A DNA stretch of 20,000 nucleotides, from the IMG/VR virus record IMGVR_UViG_3300026125_000001. One strand, 5' to 3'. Below, piece by piece: positions 1-9,405 of the stretch. This stretch comes from an uncultured virus (IMG/VR IMGVR_UViG_3300026125_000001). Its lineage: Duplodnaviria > Heunggongvirae > Uroviricota > Caudoviricetes. Both the position numbers and the translations under genes were made by a program. The notes under the pieces were generated by a model that was not told the DNA's origin, made no database searches, and worked only from the letters and a program-made list of their open reading frames with translations. Every line of letters starts with the position of its first letter. Position 1 is the stretch's first letter.

Positions 1-1247
1 TTCTTGGTCATGTTAACACCAAGGGCATTTGCCTTTACTGCCGACTCTACGAATACGTTTTCATACTCAAGTTCATAGTAGAGTCCGTTACAAACAACAG
101 AGCCTTGGTCATTAGATTCGATTATGACATAAGCATCGTTGTAGGTTTTGGCGTACTTGTATATATGGTCAGGGAATAACAAAGGCGATATAAGGTTATC
201 TCTGAAAGTCGCCACCTGTTTAAAAGGTCTACTTGTTATATCAATAATATTGAATGTAGAATAGTCTTGCCCTCGCCCTTTGGCCACGTCGACAAACATC
301 ATATAATTGTGCTCGGGGTTTGGCTTTTCGTACACGCAAACTGAGCCTTGACGATAAACAGGATTATCAGCCTTTAGGGATAATAGTTTGTCGCCTGAGA
401 TTAGCGTGTTACCAGCGCCCAAGAAAGAGTTACCGAACTCCTGCATAAACTGCAGTTCTGACGTGTTCTCGATTGTCTGTTTCTTCCATTCTTCATCTCG
501 CCCAGGAACGTCCCACCAGTCTACGCGGAATGGTTTGTAAGAGTTAGTACCCTGAACTGCGCCCTCGTATATCTTGTGGAATGTGTTGCCCAAACCATTG
601 GCGGTAGAAGTAACAATTACCCTTGAAGACTTACCAGAAGATACAACAGGGTAGGTTGAGGTGTAGAACTCAACGTCATTCTCAACGAACGCAAACTCGT
701 CTAGGAACAGTAGGTTAATAGACAAACCACGAATAGAAGAACCTGACGTAGCAGCCGCTAATATCTTCGAGTTGTTGCTGAACTCAATAGAACCTTTGTT
801 GAGCGACTTACATCCTGGCTGTAGAAAGAAAGGTAAGTTCTCGAGCATCAACGTGATGCGCGAAAGCATCTCCCTAGCAGTTGCGCCTTTGTTCGCAAGG
901 ATAGCGATATTCTTTTCAGAATGGAATAATGCGTACCAAAGTAGATAAGCACAAGAACTGATAGACTTACCAGATTGTCGACAAGCCAAAACGATACTAA
1001 ATCTGTTGGAATTAAAATGGTCAAACATCCTCTCTTGATAAGGGTAAAGGTTAAAGGGGACCAAACCCTTATCTAGATGTATTACTTTTAGATATGTGCG
1101 CGCGAAGTAAGCGGGATCCTTCATACACTTAGCGTATTCAGTAATCTCTTCTTTGGTAAAGTTTGTTACAACGCCATCGCGCTTTACATGAGGGTTGCCG
1201 AGATAGTGGTGCTCTCTTGGTGGAACATTAGTCGGTATCTGGCTCAA
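1..1247 (-). CDS. terL: Terminase large subunit (T4 gp17-like), 3' end runs off the window
   Basis: Not in the ORF track; translated by hand. Probable TTG start at 1247 with AAGGA upstream, overlapping the end of terS. Reads MSQIPTNVPPREHHYLGNPHVKRDG...LYPYQ, Walker A (LACRQSGKS), Walker B (LLFLDEFAFV), motif C (VIVTSTANG) and nuclease motif (MFVDVAKGRGQDYSTF). Same frame at both ends. Confidence 0.97.
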   Translation of the reverse strand, partial: MSQIPTNVPPREHHYLGNPHVKRDGVVTNFTKEEITEYAKCMKDPAYFARTYLKVIHLDKGLVPFNLYPYQERMFDHFNSNRFSIVLACRQSGKSISSCAYLLWYALFHSEKNIAILANKGATAREMLSRITLMLENLPFFLQPGCKSLNKGSIEFSNNSKILAAATSGSSIRGLSINLLFLDEFAFVENDVEFYTSTYPVVSSGKSSRVIVTSTANGLGNTFHKIYEGAVQGTNSYKPFRVDWWDVPGRDEEWKKQTIENTSELQFMQEFGNSFLGAGNTLISGDKLLSLKADNPVYRQGSVCVYEKPNPEHNYMMFVDVAKGRGQDYSTFNIIDITSRPFKQVATFRDNLISPLLFPDHIYKYAKTYNDAYVIIESNDQGSVVCNGLYYELEYENVFVESAVKANALGVNMTK

Positions 1248-1572
1248 CTTTTACGTCCTTCATCTTATTAGCTAACATCTTTTGTAGATCTGTCGTAGAA
1301 CCAACAAAAAGGTTGTTATTTGTCACTGGAGCATTTAGAGAAGGGGATGCCTTCTCTTCTTTTTCAATATCTTTCTTTTTCTTTTGAAGGTCCATCAATT
1401 TATCAGTTATGTCTGCGTTTTGCTTAAGCATACCAGCCAATACTTCGAACGCACGCGGGTGCTCGCTCTCGCGTGCGAGCTCCATCATCATTTCAATCGC
1501 CTCTTGCCCTTGTTCCGCCAATCTGTAGTATTGGCTTCGGGCGTATCCGTAATCATCATCAATATCAGACAT
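1228..1572 (-). CDS. terS: Terminase small subunit (T4 gp16-like)
   Basis: 114 aa with DDYGYARSQYY, ARESEHPRAFEV and NNNLFVGSTTDLQKML, typical of T4-like TerS; directly upstream of terL. Confidence 0.95.
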   Translation of the reverse strand: MSDIDDDYGYARSQYYRLAEQGQEAIEMMMELARESEHPRAFEVLAGMLKQNADITDKLMDLQKKKKDIEKEEKASPSLNAPVTNNNLFVGSTTDLQKMLANKMKDVKVEPDTD

Positions 1573-1573
1573 G

Positions 1574-2545
1574 TTAAGACACCGTGTACTCGTTTATAAC
1601 AAAGGTTTGACCGCTAGTGCTTCCGGTTAAGGTTTCACCAACTGTAAAATATCCATCAAGATTATTTATAACCACAGTTGTTTCGTCGGCTTGCTCATCG
1701 TAGGTTATAGATTCTATTCTACCGCCAACCGCACTATCCGCTCCGATTACAACCTCATTATCCGTTACGCCAACGGTTCCTGATACCACAGCAGATATAA
1801 AGTTCTCTGGAGCGATATAGTTAAAGGTCTTGACGACCGAGTAATCGTCAGATGAAGATGACGATATTGGATCTACGACTTGACTGACACCTTGTAGGTA
1901 TGAGTCGATGTTTTTACGGTAGTTGACCAAAGTGTCTTTAATAATTTTAGATTTTACTACCTGACCGAAGAAGTGCACTCTCATAGTAAAATCTAGGGTG
2001 TACATGATCACACGCCTAGTTTGGAAGTCGCTTTCATAGTCGTCATTGATTGTGACACTTTGAAGCGTGATCGGAACGTCAAAAGAATTTTCTACACCGT
2101 CAATCAACTTAGCAGATACTGAGTAAGTCGGTTCAAAGGTCGGTAGAATTTGTTCTAATATTTGTAGAGCGTCATCCTGACTTTTCGCCAAGATGTTAAG
2201 TTGCATCCCTATAATGTAAGGAACGTTACCTATGGTGTCTGCTTCTTCGCCGTCATCAGATAGGCGCAAACGTTGAACCTTGCTGGTCTTTATTTGATTG
2301 TTATACTCAACGCTAGTAATCTCGAAAGACATACGAGGTAGCTTGATTGCTACCTTCTGGTCGGTTAAATCAGCCTGTTGGTCTATACGGGCAAGGAACT
2401 TTTGTTTCGGTCCATAAGCAAGGGGGACGCTAGTGATAATAGATTCAGAACCGCTTTTCCGCATTATATTGATGTTATTGAATACAGTTCCGAATATAGA
2501 AACACTCTTTCGCAAAATACCGTGGTAAAAATGAGACCCAAACAT
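1574..2545 (-). CDS. gp15: Tail sheath stabilizer / tail terminator (T4 gp15-like) with C-terminal extension
   Basis: FYHGILRK..FGTVFNNI, VPLAYGPKQKFLAR, LPRMSFEI and QDDALQILEQILPTF; syntenic between gp14 and terS. Confidence 0.95.
   Translation of the reverse strand: MFGSHFYHGILRKSVSIFGTVFNNINIMRKSGSESIITSVPLAYGPKQKFLARIDQQADLTDQKVAIKLPRMSFEITSVEYNNQIKTSKVQRLRLSDDGEEADTIGNVPYIIGMQLNILAKSQDDALQILEQILPTFEPTYSVSAKLIDGVENSFDVPITLQSVTINDDYESDFQTRRVIMYTLDFTMRVHFFGQVVKSKIIKDTLVNYRKNIDSYLQGVSQVVDPISSSSSDDYSVVKTFNYIAPENFISAVVSGTVGVTDNEVVIGADSAVGGRIESITYDEQADETTVVINNLDGYFTVGETLTGSTSGQTFVINEYTVS
1663..1670 (-). promoter_or_regulatory. T4-type late promoter TATAAATA inside gp15, about 90 nt upstream of terS
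   Basis: Plus strand reads tatttata at 1663-1670, an exact gp55 consensus in the sense orientation; intragenic, so chance occurrence is possible. Confidence 0.6.
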
Positions 2546-3447
2546 TAGAATCCTCCTGGCTCACCGAATGGATTTGCTTCAGAGAAATCCAAAATTTCAT
2601 TAGCTTCTCTCTCAAATGTATCGTTGGCAGCATAAGTTGATTCAGCGCCTGAACCGTCAACACTTCCTAGTTGATTAAACGATACGAGAGTACAAATATT
2701 GTTACCGACAGTAATATTCTGCCCCTTCAAGAACTCATGGTAGAGCCCGTCCGAAGTCTTAACATTAATGACGTTAATTGTAGCGCCACCGCTGATTATA
2801 TCGCTGCGAGAAACTACCTCAGCTGTAATATCTACATCGCTTATAGTTTGAGATACAGTATCGCCAAGGTTGATTGTAGCGCCTTCGATTAGACCCGATA
2901 GGGTTAGTTTTAGACGGGTGTTAAATACCGTTTCGACCGCATCAATGTCATTAATACCAGTTTTGAAAGTTTCTTCGCCAAACTCAAACATAGAACACTG
3001 AAGCTTGTATGTAGGCAAATTACTGAGTTGGTAGAAAGGCGATTCATGCTCAACATGATCAATCTGAAACATTGACTTTGACAGGGGCAAGTAAATCAAA
3101 TCGCCTTCATTTGGACGGATCTGTTCAGATTCCCACTGACCTACTGCCTGTTCCCAACGTCTACGTGAAACAATAAAGGTTGCCTGATCTCGAATTTCCA
3201 GACCGAATTTAGAAAGTAGATTTCCTTCGCCTTCAAACCCTTCGGTATTTTCGATATAAGACTCTATGATGTATGCGTCGTCAAACTGAGACTCAACCGC
3301 CTCTCCGAACACATAATCCCGTTCAACTATATTCCTCGGAAGGTAATAAACGTCTTGGCCATATATCTTCAAAGATTCTATTATTAGATCTTCGTAGAGG
3401 TTTTGTTCAGAGACAACCTTTTGTGAGATGTAAACGCTAGTTGCCAT
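2545..3447 (-). CDS. gp14: Neck protein / head closure (T4 gp14-like)
   Basis: EQNLYEDLIIESLKIYGQDVYYLPR, SKFGLEIRD, RPNEGDLIYLP, VEHESPFYQL and C-terminal ILDFSEANPFG. Confidence 0.95.
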   Translation of the reverse strand: MATSVYISQKVVSEQNLYEDLIIESLKIYGQDVYYLPRNIVERDYVFGEAVESQFDDAYIIESYIENTEGFEGEGNLLSKFGLEIRDQATFIVSRRRWEQAVGQWESEQIRPNEGDLIYLPLSKSMFQIDHVEHESPFYQLSNLPTYKLQCSMFEFGEETFKTGINDIDAVETVFNTRLKLTLSGLIEGATINLGDTVSQTISDVDITAEVVSRSDIISGGATINVINVKTSDGLYHEFLKGQNITVGNNICTLVSFNQLGSVDGSGAESTYAANDTFEREANEILDFSEANPFGEPGGF

Positions 3448-3451
3448 TGTA

Positions 3452-4222
3452 TTATCCTATCATGAAGTCAGCTGGCATTTCGTAGCGTAGCTGCATCTCT
3501 TCTTCGATCTTATCGATTTCTAAATTGGCATCATCGAACATTTGACGTCCATTAAACGTTACGCCACCTGGAAGCAACATGCCGTCAAATTTCATCATGT
3601 TCGTGCCCCACTGACGTTTGATCAATGCAGTCGCATAACGTTTAAGGAACATATCGTTGTAAACGTCAGTAAACGTTTCTGGGTCTACAACTTTACTTCC
3701 CTCAACAATAATCCAATCGCCTTCTTTGAGGTCAGTTTCCCAATCGAGGTATAGGTTAATCCTGTCCATATGGCGGTTGAATACGGTATTGGTTGTCCCA
3801 TTACCGAAAGTCATATTGAGCATTTCAATATAACTTTTTGTCATTGTGTATGATGTCAAATCCATCCAAATACCACCACCGTTGCGGAGTAGGTATGCGT
3901 CGGATAACATCATTTGGTATTGGACATTGAACATACCGCTACCCATACCAACGCCGCCTGCTGTAGTGTTGATAGGCATTACTCGTTTAACAACTTGAAG
4001 TTCTTCCGGAACGGTAATGTATTTGTTGGCGATATCCTCAGCCGTCATCTGATATTTGAAATACGTATTTACGATAGCATCAGAGTGATATTCTTGATAG
4101 AATTGTAGAGCTTCGTCTATACGATCTTCAATTTGGTCTTCGTCTACGTTTATTTCTACAACTGGTGCGCCCAGTTTTCGTAGACAAAAATCAATTAAGT
4201 CTTGTCTTGATGCTATAGCCAT
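3452..4222 (-). CDS. gp13: Neck protein / head-tail adaptor (T4 gp13-like)
   Basis: LIDFCLRKLGAPVVEINVDEDQIEDRIDEALQ, FLKRYATALIKRQWG and LPGGVTFNG. Confidence 0.96.
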   Translation of the reverse strand: MAIASRQDLIDFCLRKLGAPVVEINVDEDQIEDRIDEALQFYQEYHSDAIVNTYFKYQMTAEDIANKYITVPEELQVVKRVMPINTTAGGVGMGSGMFNVQYQMMLSDAYLLRNGGGIWMDLTSYTMTKSYIEMLNMTFGNGTTNTVFNRHMDRINLYLDWETDLKEGDWIIVEGSKVVDPETFTDVYNDMFLKRYATALIKRQWGTNMMKFDGMLLPGGVTFNGRQMFDDANLEIDKIEEEMQLRYEMPADFMIG

Positions 4223-4249
4223 GTTGGTACCTGTTATGATAGTTTACTA

Positions 4250-4257
4250 TATTTATA
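4250..4257 (-). promoter_or_regulatory. T4-type late promoter TATAAATA upstream of gp13
   Basis: Exact consensus in the 36-nt intergenic gap, 27 nt before the gp13 ATG. Confidence 0.85.
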
Positions 4258-4258
4258 A

Positions 4259-4903
4259 TCAGAAATAAACCACGTTACACTCAAGTTCTGTATCGTACGC
4301 ATAATGGCACTGCAGAGTAATCCTGAACTGATCCGGTCCATCAACCTGAGTCCTACCAACCCTATGGACAACATGACCACTCCATTCACTTAGTTTGTAA
4401 TATTCGTAATGATATTGCTTTATTTCATCGCCATCATAATAGTCCAACCAAGTACCGTTTGTTGGTTTCTCGATTATTAGGTTTGCCGACCTTATAGTAC
4501 TCGCGTCAATAGTCGGTCTATATTCTATTATACTTGTATCGGTGTGGAAACCAGGAATATAATTTATTGGTAGATTTATTACATGAAATCCAGGACATGA
4601 TAGAACAGGGTCTATTATGGTCTTTATTCCGCTGCGCTCTTCTATACTACTAAGGATTCTGTCATATATCCACCCAAACTTTTCAATCATCCTATTCTTT
4701 AAATCATAATCCGTTTGTGCGTGATTTTCGTGGTGGTATAATGCCCAACCAAGATGACAGAATCCTTCTTTATGAATGCCGTAAGCGGCATGTAGTTCTG
4801 GGCTAATTTGTTTCCATTCATTACGAAACGATAATACATCTTCCCTTATTTTGAGGCGTTCTTCCTCAGTAATAAAGTCTTCAATCACATTTATCAAATT
4901 CAT
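4259..4903 (-). CDS. 2OG-Fe(II) oxygenase superfamily protein
   Basis: N-terminal VIEDFITEEE, facial triad H120-T-D122...H180 (VVHRV) and a distal Arg (R194, RITLQ). ATGA overlap with the upstream propeller gene. Confidence 0.8.
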   Translation of the reverse strand: MNLINVIEDFITEEERLKIREDVLSFRNEWKQISPELHAAYGIHKEGFCHLGWALYHHENHAQTDYDLKNRMIEKFGWIYDRILSSIEERSGIKTIIDPVLSCPGFHVINLPINYIPGFHTDTSIIEYRPTIDASTIRSANLIIEKPTNGTWLDYYDGDEIKQYHYEYYKLSEWSGHVVHRVGRTQVDGPDQFRITLQCHYAYDTELECNVVYF

Positions 4904-6444
4904 TTTAAATCCGTTGTTATGTCGTTAACGAGTCTATCCACAAGCTCAATTGGGTCAACCCCTTTTATTTCCGTTACCGCAAATCCACCATACCTATATA
5001 ACGGATCGAAAGTACCATCGGTAATCCTAGGTCTGGAGAAAACTACCCTATCTTTATACATATTAATAGAAGCAAAGTCAAAGACGTTAGCATCAAATGT
5101 TATCTCAAAATAAGCGTTGGATGGTCTGTTTATGTAATTTGTGTTTATTTCATAAACACTGCTTCTACTAACGTGATTTGGCGACGCCCGACCTAACCTA
5201 ACAACCTTAACCATTTCATCTCTTGAGTCTTCTGTATACGCTACGATGTTATCACCCAGCGCAAAGTGGTTGAAGTATCGTACCGCATTGCCTGTAGATA
5301 TAGATATTTCATAATCTGGCGCTGTCTTAATACCAGAATCTGTAGCATAAAAAAGAAGTGACCAATTCCTTGGCGTGGTAGCTCCATTTCCTCTGTAACA
5401 AGAAGTAGCTATCAAACCGTTCTTAAAGTCTAATTTCCACCCAAACTTTTGATTTGGATTCGAAATGTCGGTGGTGTCTCCCAGAGATGCAGGCGGAGTT
5501 ATCTTATGCATAAGCCTTTGGTCAGGGTTGCCAGTAGTCCCGACCTGATATGATATACTGTAAATGTATATTGCCTCGCTGGCATTATCAGCTTCATTGA
5601 AAGCGGACATACCAATCGCGATACAACCCCCGTCTATCTTAAACCCCCGATAAGGATCTTCAAGGTTAGCGCCAACTTGAAGTGTTGGTTTTCTGATACT
5701 AATGTAAGGACCGACGTCGTCATTGGCGTATTGAACGTTAGCGGATTCGTTCGAATCCGGTGAAGGGAATCTAAACCATCCCATAAAGGAATTAGCGCCA
5801 CCAATAGCCTGATCCCATACAGGGGAGTATAAGTTCCAACTACCATTAATATATGCGACATCAACAGCACAGCCAATCAAATAATTTGGTGCGGTGTTAG
5901 ATGCTTTAAACGTTTCCACAAGGTTTCCGTCCCAATCATAGTATTTTACGCAACCTTGATAAATATTTACACTGGATGAGTACCAACCTGGAACTCCGAC
6001 GGCAATACCTTCTCTAAACAGCTTTATTGAATACCCAAAAAATGGCGCATCAGCGTAGCCCGAATACCTTGTGGGCTCGTCATCGATTATTGTAAATAAT
6101 CGATTGCCTGTAGTATAATCATAAATGTGGACCCTACCAACATAAGTAGTTCCACCATCTTCAGTGTATAAAGGATCCGACACACCAATGAAATTTCCGT
6201 ACTGGCTTACGTCAAATCCAAAAGTGTTTGAATTAGTGCTGGTGTATGGTATAGTATCAGTGAACCTAGAATATTTCCATTTATACTGAAGATCGCCTGT
6301 TACAACATGATCGGAACTATGGTCGTCTATATCCCTAGCAACGCATTCTCTCCAATAAGGGTGGCTAAACACGCTCCATTCAGCTGTATCTATGTTCCCT
6401 AATGGTTCACCGTTTTGAAAAGAATCTTCCCTTAATTGTGCCAT
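4900..6444 (-). CDS. FG-GAP-like beta-propeller protein C' (514 aa), putative virion adhesin
   Basis: Blade-like repeats FGFDVSQYGNFIGVSDP..GRVHIYD, FFGYSIKLFREGIAVGVPG..GCVKYYD and FGWKLDF; short C-terminal amphipathic helix. Confidence 0.7.
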   Translation of the reverse strand: MAQLREDSFQNGEPLGNIDTAEWSVFSHPYWRECVARDIDDHSSDHVVTGDLQYKWKYSRFTDTIPYTSTNSNTFGFDVSQYGNFIGVSDPLYTEDGGTTYVGRVHIYDYTTGNRLFTIIDDEPTRYSGYADAPFFGYSIKLFREGIAVGVPGWYSSSVNIYQGCVKYYDWDGNLVETFKASNTAPNYLIGCAVDVAYINGSWNLYSPVWDQAIGGANSFMGWFRFPSPDSNESANVQYANDDVGPYISIRKPTLQVGANLEDPYRGFKIDGGCIAIGMSAFNEADNASEAIYIYSISYQVGTTGNPDQRLMHKITPPASLGDTTDISNPNQKFGWKLDFKNGLIATSCYRGNGATTPRNWSLLFYATDSGIKTAPDYEISISTGNAVRYFNHFALGDNIVAYTEDSRDEMVKVVRLGRASPNHVSRSSVYEINTNYINRPSNAYFEITFDANVFDFASINMYKDRVVFSRPRITDGTFDPLYRYGGFAVTEIKGVDPIELVDRLVNDITTDLK

Positions 6445-7943
6445 TATTTAGACCTACCTTTAAACAATCTGTTAAATTTACCGCGAAGCTTTTCTGAGTT
6501 TAAATGCTCAACGCTATATGCGCCTGCGGTTGTATTCGCGACTATGTTGTGCCTGTATACCAACAATCTATATCCGTTAGCGTTAAAATCATCAGAATCT
6601 GCCCCTCCTGTTCCGACGACAAGATATGTCGGAGTAGCCAAAACAATCCTTCCGAAATTATAAGGATAGCTGGGGTGAGTGAAAGTATATTTAAAAACTT
6701 GATCTTCGTTTGAGTTAATACCAGGCTTCAGCCATAAATGAACAGCACCAGTAGTATAATGAGACGAAGCTATTGCCACTAATGTATGATGATTATATAT
6801 GTTCACCTCGTATGTTTGCATGGGTAAATGAGTAGTGGACATACTTTTACCAAATGCACCTGTGGGATACCCAGGCGGAGCCGCGAAATTGTTGGTATAA
6901 ACCGTTCCTGTAGTTGCGTTTGAGTTAAGGTATGTCAACATAACGTTGTCATGAGTGTGATCCGAAATTAAATAATAGCCATCTTGAACTAAGGAATTTT
7001 CTCCAGTATAATGAAGCGCTTTTAAACTAAAATATGGTAAACTCTGGACGAAATTTTCTCCTCCACCACCGATGGTAAAGTCGTCGAATAGACTGACCTT
7101 GTTATAAGGTGTAATACCGCCAGCAGTAAATGTGACCCAGCTGGATGGTGAAAACGAATTCAAATAAGCCGCATAAGGAGATGTTAACTTCCTAGAAAGA
7201 TAAGCAATTTTAGTGGTGGAAATAGCTGTTAATGTACCAGCTACAATGAAATCACTGTTAGTAGCAGTGTGAGTGTATTCGCCAAGGTAGGAAGAACCCC
7301 AACCATCTTCTTTGCCGACCCTATTAATAAGGTAGATATAAATCTTCGATTGGCTGATGGAAGAGATGTAAACTATATTGCCTTGTACAATTAAATCTGA
7401 CCCAAAGTCTGTACTAGAGTCAGGACAAACAAAATGCTCTATTAATTCCCCTGTGGTTAAATCGTACATATCGACATAACCATTGGAATTGGTACTGATA
7501 TCAAAATCTTGGAGTTCGTCGTTAGAAGCTGTTTGTTCTCCATTATGAGCTAGAAAAAGAAAATCTCCGTGTAGATGGGCATTGATTATTCCGGAGTTTG
7601 ATGTAGAGTAGTCGCCACCGACATATGTTTTAACCAAAGCTCCAGATTCAATATCATAAATGTATACAGCACCTGTGAGATTACCGCCAGTGTTTTCGTT
7701 TAATGCGGGTACCATCAACCACCTATCATTAGCTTCAGCATTTGCTGCAAACTGATCGCTGGCTGTGTTCAGAGCGTTAATATTAGGGTTGGTTAGTTCA
7801 TACAGTAAAGTAGGTGCGGCAGTTGCAGTTGCTTGTACAGGTCCCTTTTTAAACCTATTAACGAAATCTGTTGAAGTTTCATTTGAAGGGAGAGCAGCAA
7901 TAGGCTGTCCTCCAACTTTAGTGTTTATTTGTAACTTTGCCAT
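6444..7943 (-). CDS. FG-GAP-like beta-propeller protein B' (499 aa), putative virion adhesin
   Basis: DQFAANAEANDRWLMVPA..TGAVYIYDIESG, GYVDMYDLTTG, FGSDL, FGKSM..TGAVHLW; TAATG-coupled to the next gene. Confidence 0.7.
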   Translation of the reverse strand: MAKLQINTKVGGQPIAALPSNETSTDFVNRFKKGPVQATATAAPTLLYELTNPNINALNTASDQFAANAEANDRWLMVPALNENTGGNLTGAVYIYDIESGALVKTYVGGDYSTSNSGIINAHLHGDFLFLAHNGEQTASNDELQDFDISTNSNGYVDMYDLTTGELIEHFVCPDSSTDFGSDLIVQGNIVYISSISQSKIYIYLINRVGKEDGWGSSYLGEYTHTATNSDFIVAGTLTAISTTKIAYLSRKLTSPYAAYLNSFSPSSWVTFTAGGITPYNKVSLFDDFTIGGGGENFVQSLPYFSLKALHYTGENSLVQDGYYLISDHTHDNVMLTYLNSNATTGTVYTNNFAAPPGYPTGAFGKSMSTTHLPMQTYEVNIYNHHTLVAIASSHYTTGAVHLWLKPGINSNEDQVFKYTFTHPSYPYNFGRIVLATPTYLVVGTGGADSDDFNANGYRLLVYRHNIVANTTAGAYSVEHLNSEKLRGKFNRLFKGRSK

Positions 7944-9326
7944 TTAACGATCCAAATACTTTCTTATGTATATATCTGCTGCTGAAGTTCTTATTGGAAT
8001 TGGAGTTATAGCGCCAGTAAGAGTTCCCGCCCCATTAACGTTTAATCGATCGCCAATGCAGAGAACATCGCCAACGAGAGCCGCGACACTGCCCCTGTAT
8101 AGACTAGAGGTAGCTGAAATTTGGGTACGCCCAGAGTAAGAACCAGTTGGGTCTTCCCTTCCCATTGCGTAAGAGCCCCACATCACCCCACCAATATTGT
8201 ATCGGGTAGTTTTACTAGATTGATAATCGTGGTTTGGACATCCTATAACAAACATGTTATCATTGCAATCCATGTCATATCCAAAATAATCCGGAGCGTT
8301 TGTTAACCCACCGAGGAATGGGCTAGGTATTGACAACCTCGAATCGGAAGATACGTCATATATGTCTACCTTTTCTTGGGTCATGTCAGGTCCGCCCATC
8401 GCTACCATTAAACGGGATCCTCGCATAACAATGTTAAACCCCCAACCATAGTTGTTTGTTTGTAGAGAACTAACATGCTTCCAAAATTGAATGTCCATCA
8501 ATTGAGTTTTATGGTTGTATTCCCATCTGTATATATTTACTCCACCATAATATCCGTCATTTCCTACGGCACTAGGGCTGTATGTAACAGCAATGTATCT
8601 TTCGTTCATAACAATTTTACGAGCGAAATTGAGGGGGTCTGACATTCGATTTAGACCATCTTCAATTTGATCGATCGGGGCGCTGACATTATCTCCAGTG
8701 TATGCGTTAAAAATCTGAAAATACCTTGTGTTGTTTACGCCATTATATTTGCAAATCGCTAGGAATGGACCCCAACCATCCATGTCGACTATTTTATCGT
8801 TTGCTTGTAATGGTAATGTGTGAGTCCATTCCTTACCAGTCTTTAAATCGACAAAATCAACAATACCATCCGAATCTGTGCCCACAACGCTGTAATATCC
8901 AGCAGCAGCATAATGCTCCGTGACAGCTTTCCTCAATGAGTCACCATATAGATGAGAAGAATATGGGTATAATGGGTTCCTAGTGAATAAATGTAATGGT
9001 TTGTTCGTCATTACATCGAAAACAACAGGACCATCTTTCGTTGTGGAATAAGCGTCACTTGGGTCTGTTGAACACATTAGGTAATTATGTGACTTTTTAC
9101 TTGGGGCGACACAAATGTCTTTGGTGTGTTCCGTCACCCCGAAGAAATCGCCTGTAAATGCTGTTTGAGGATATCTGTTGAAGATTAAGGAGTTCATAAC
9201 GTTGTCAAACAATTCTTCTGTGTCATTATGTATGGTCGGGTTCACGTTCAAGGTGTCGCCGACACCTTGATAATTGTATGGGTCAGTGCTCGTTAATCGT
9301 AAACTTGACTCTTTAAGGTCAGCCAT
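7944..9326 (-). CDS. FG-GAP-like beta-propeller protein A' (460 aa), putative virion adhesin
   Basis: GGVNIYRW, WGFNIVMRGSRLMVA, DYFGYDMDCNDNMFVIGCP and RGSVAALVGDVLCIGD; first gene after a late promoter. Confidence 0.7.
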   Translation of the reverse strand: MADLKESSLRLTSTDPYNYQGVGDTLNVNPTIHNDTEELFDNVMNSLIFNRYPQTAFTGDFFGVTEHTKDICVAPSKKSHNYLMCSTDPSDAYSTTKDGPVVFDVMTNKPLHLFTRNPLYPYSSHLYGDSLRKAVTEHYAAAGYYSVVGTDSDGIVDFVDLKTGKEWTHTLPLQANDKIVDMDGWGPFLAICKYNGVNNTRYFQIFNAYTGDNVSAPIDQIEDGLNRMSDPLNFARKIVMNERYIAVTYSPSAVGNDGYYGGVNIYRWEYNHKTQLMDIQFWKHVSSLQTNNYGWGFNIVMRGSRLMVAMGGPDMTQEKVDIYDVSSDSRLSIPSPFLGGLTNAPDYFGYDMDCNDNMFVIGCPNHDYQSSKTTRYNIGGVMWGSYAMGREDPTGSYSGRTQISATSSLYRGSVAALVGDVLCIGDRLNVNGAGTLTGAITPIPIRTSAADIYIRKYLDR

Positions 9327-9371
9327 TATAAATCTCTCTATTATTACTAGCGAATTGCCGCATATTACAAC

Positions 9372-9379
9372 TATTTATA
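9372..9379 (-). promoter_or_regulatory. T4-type late promoter TATAAATA upstream of the second propeller triplet
   Basis: Exact consensus in the 79-nt gap between lipB and propeller A'. Confidence 0.85.
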
Positions 9380-9405
9380 AGGTATCAGCTTTCAAAAATA
9401 TTCCC

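Noticed and set aside
1450..1480. GC-rich inverted repeat (cgcacgcg...cgcgtgcg) in terS, possible pac site or hairpin
   Set aside because: It encodes the conserved ARESEHPRAF motif, the stem is only 8 bp, and there is no U-tract or other support.
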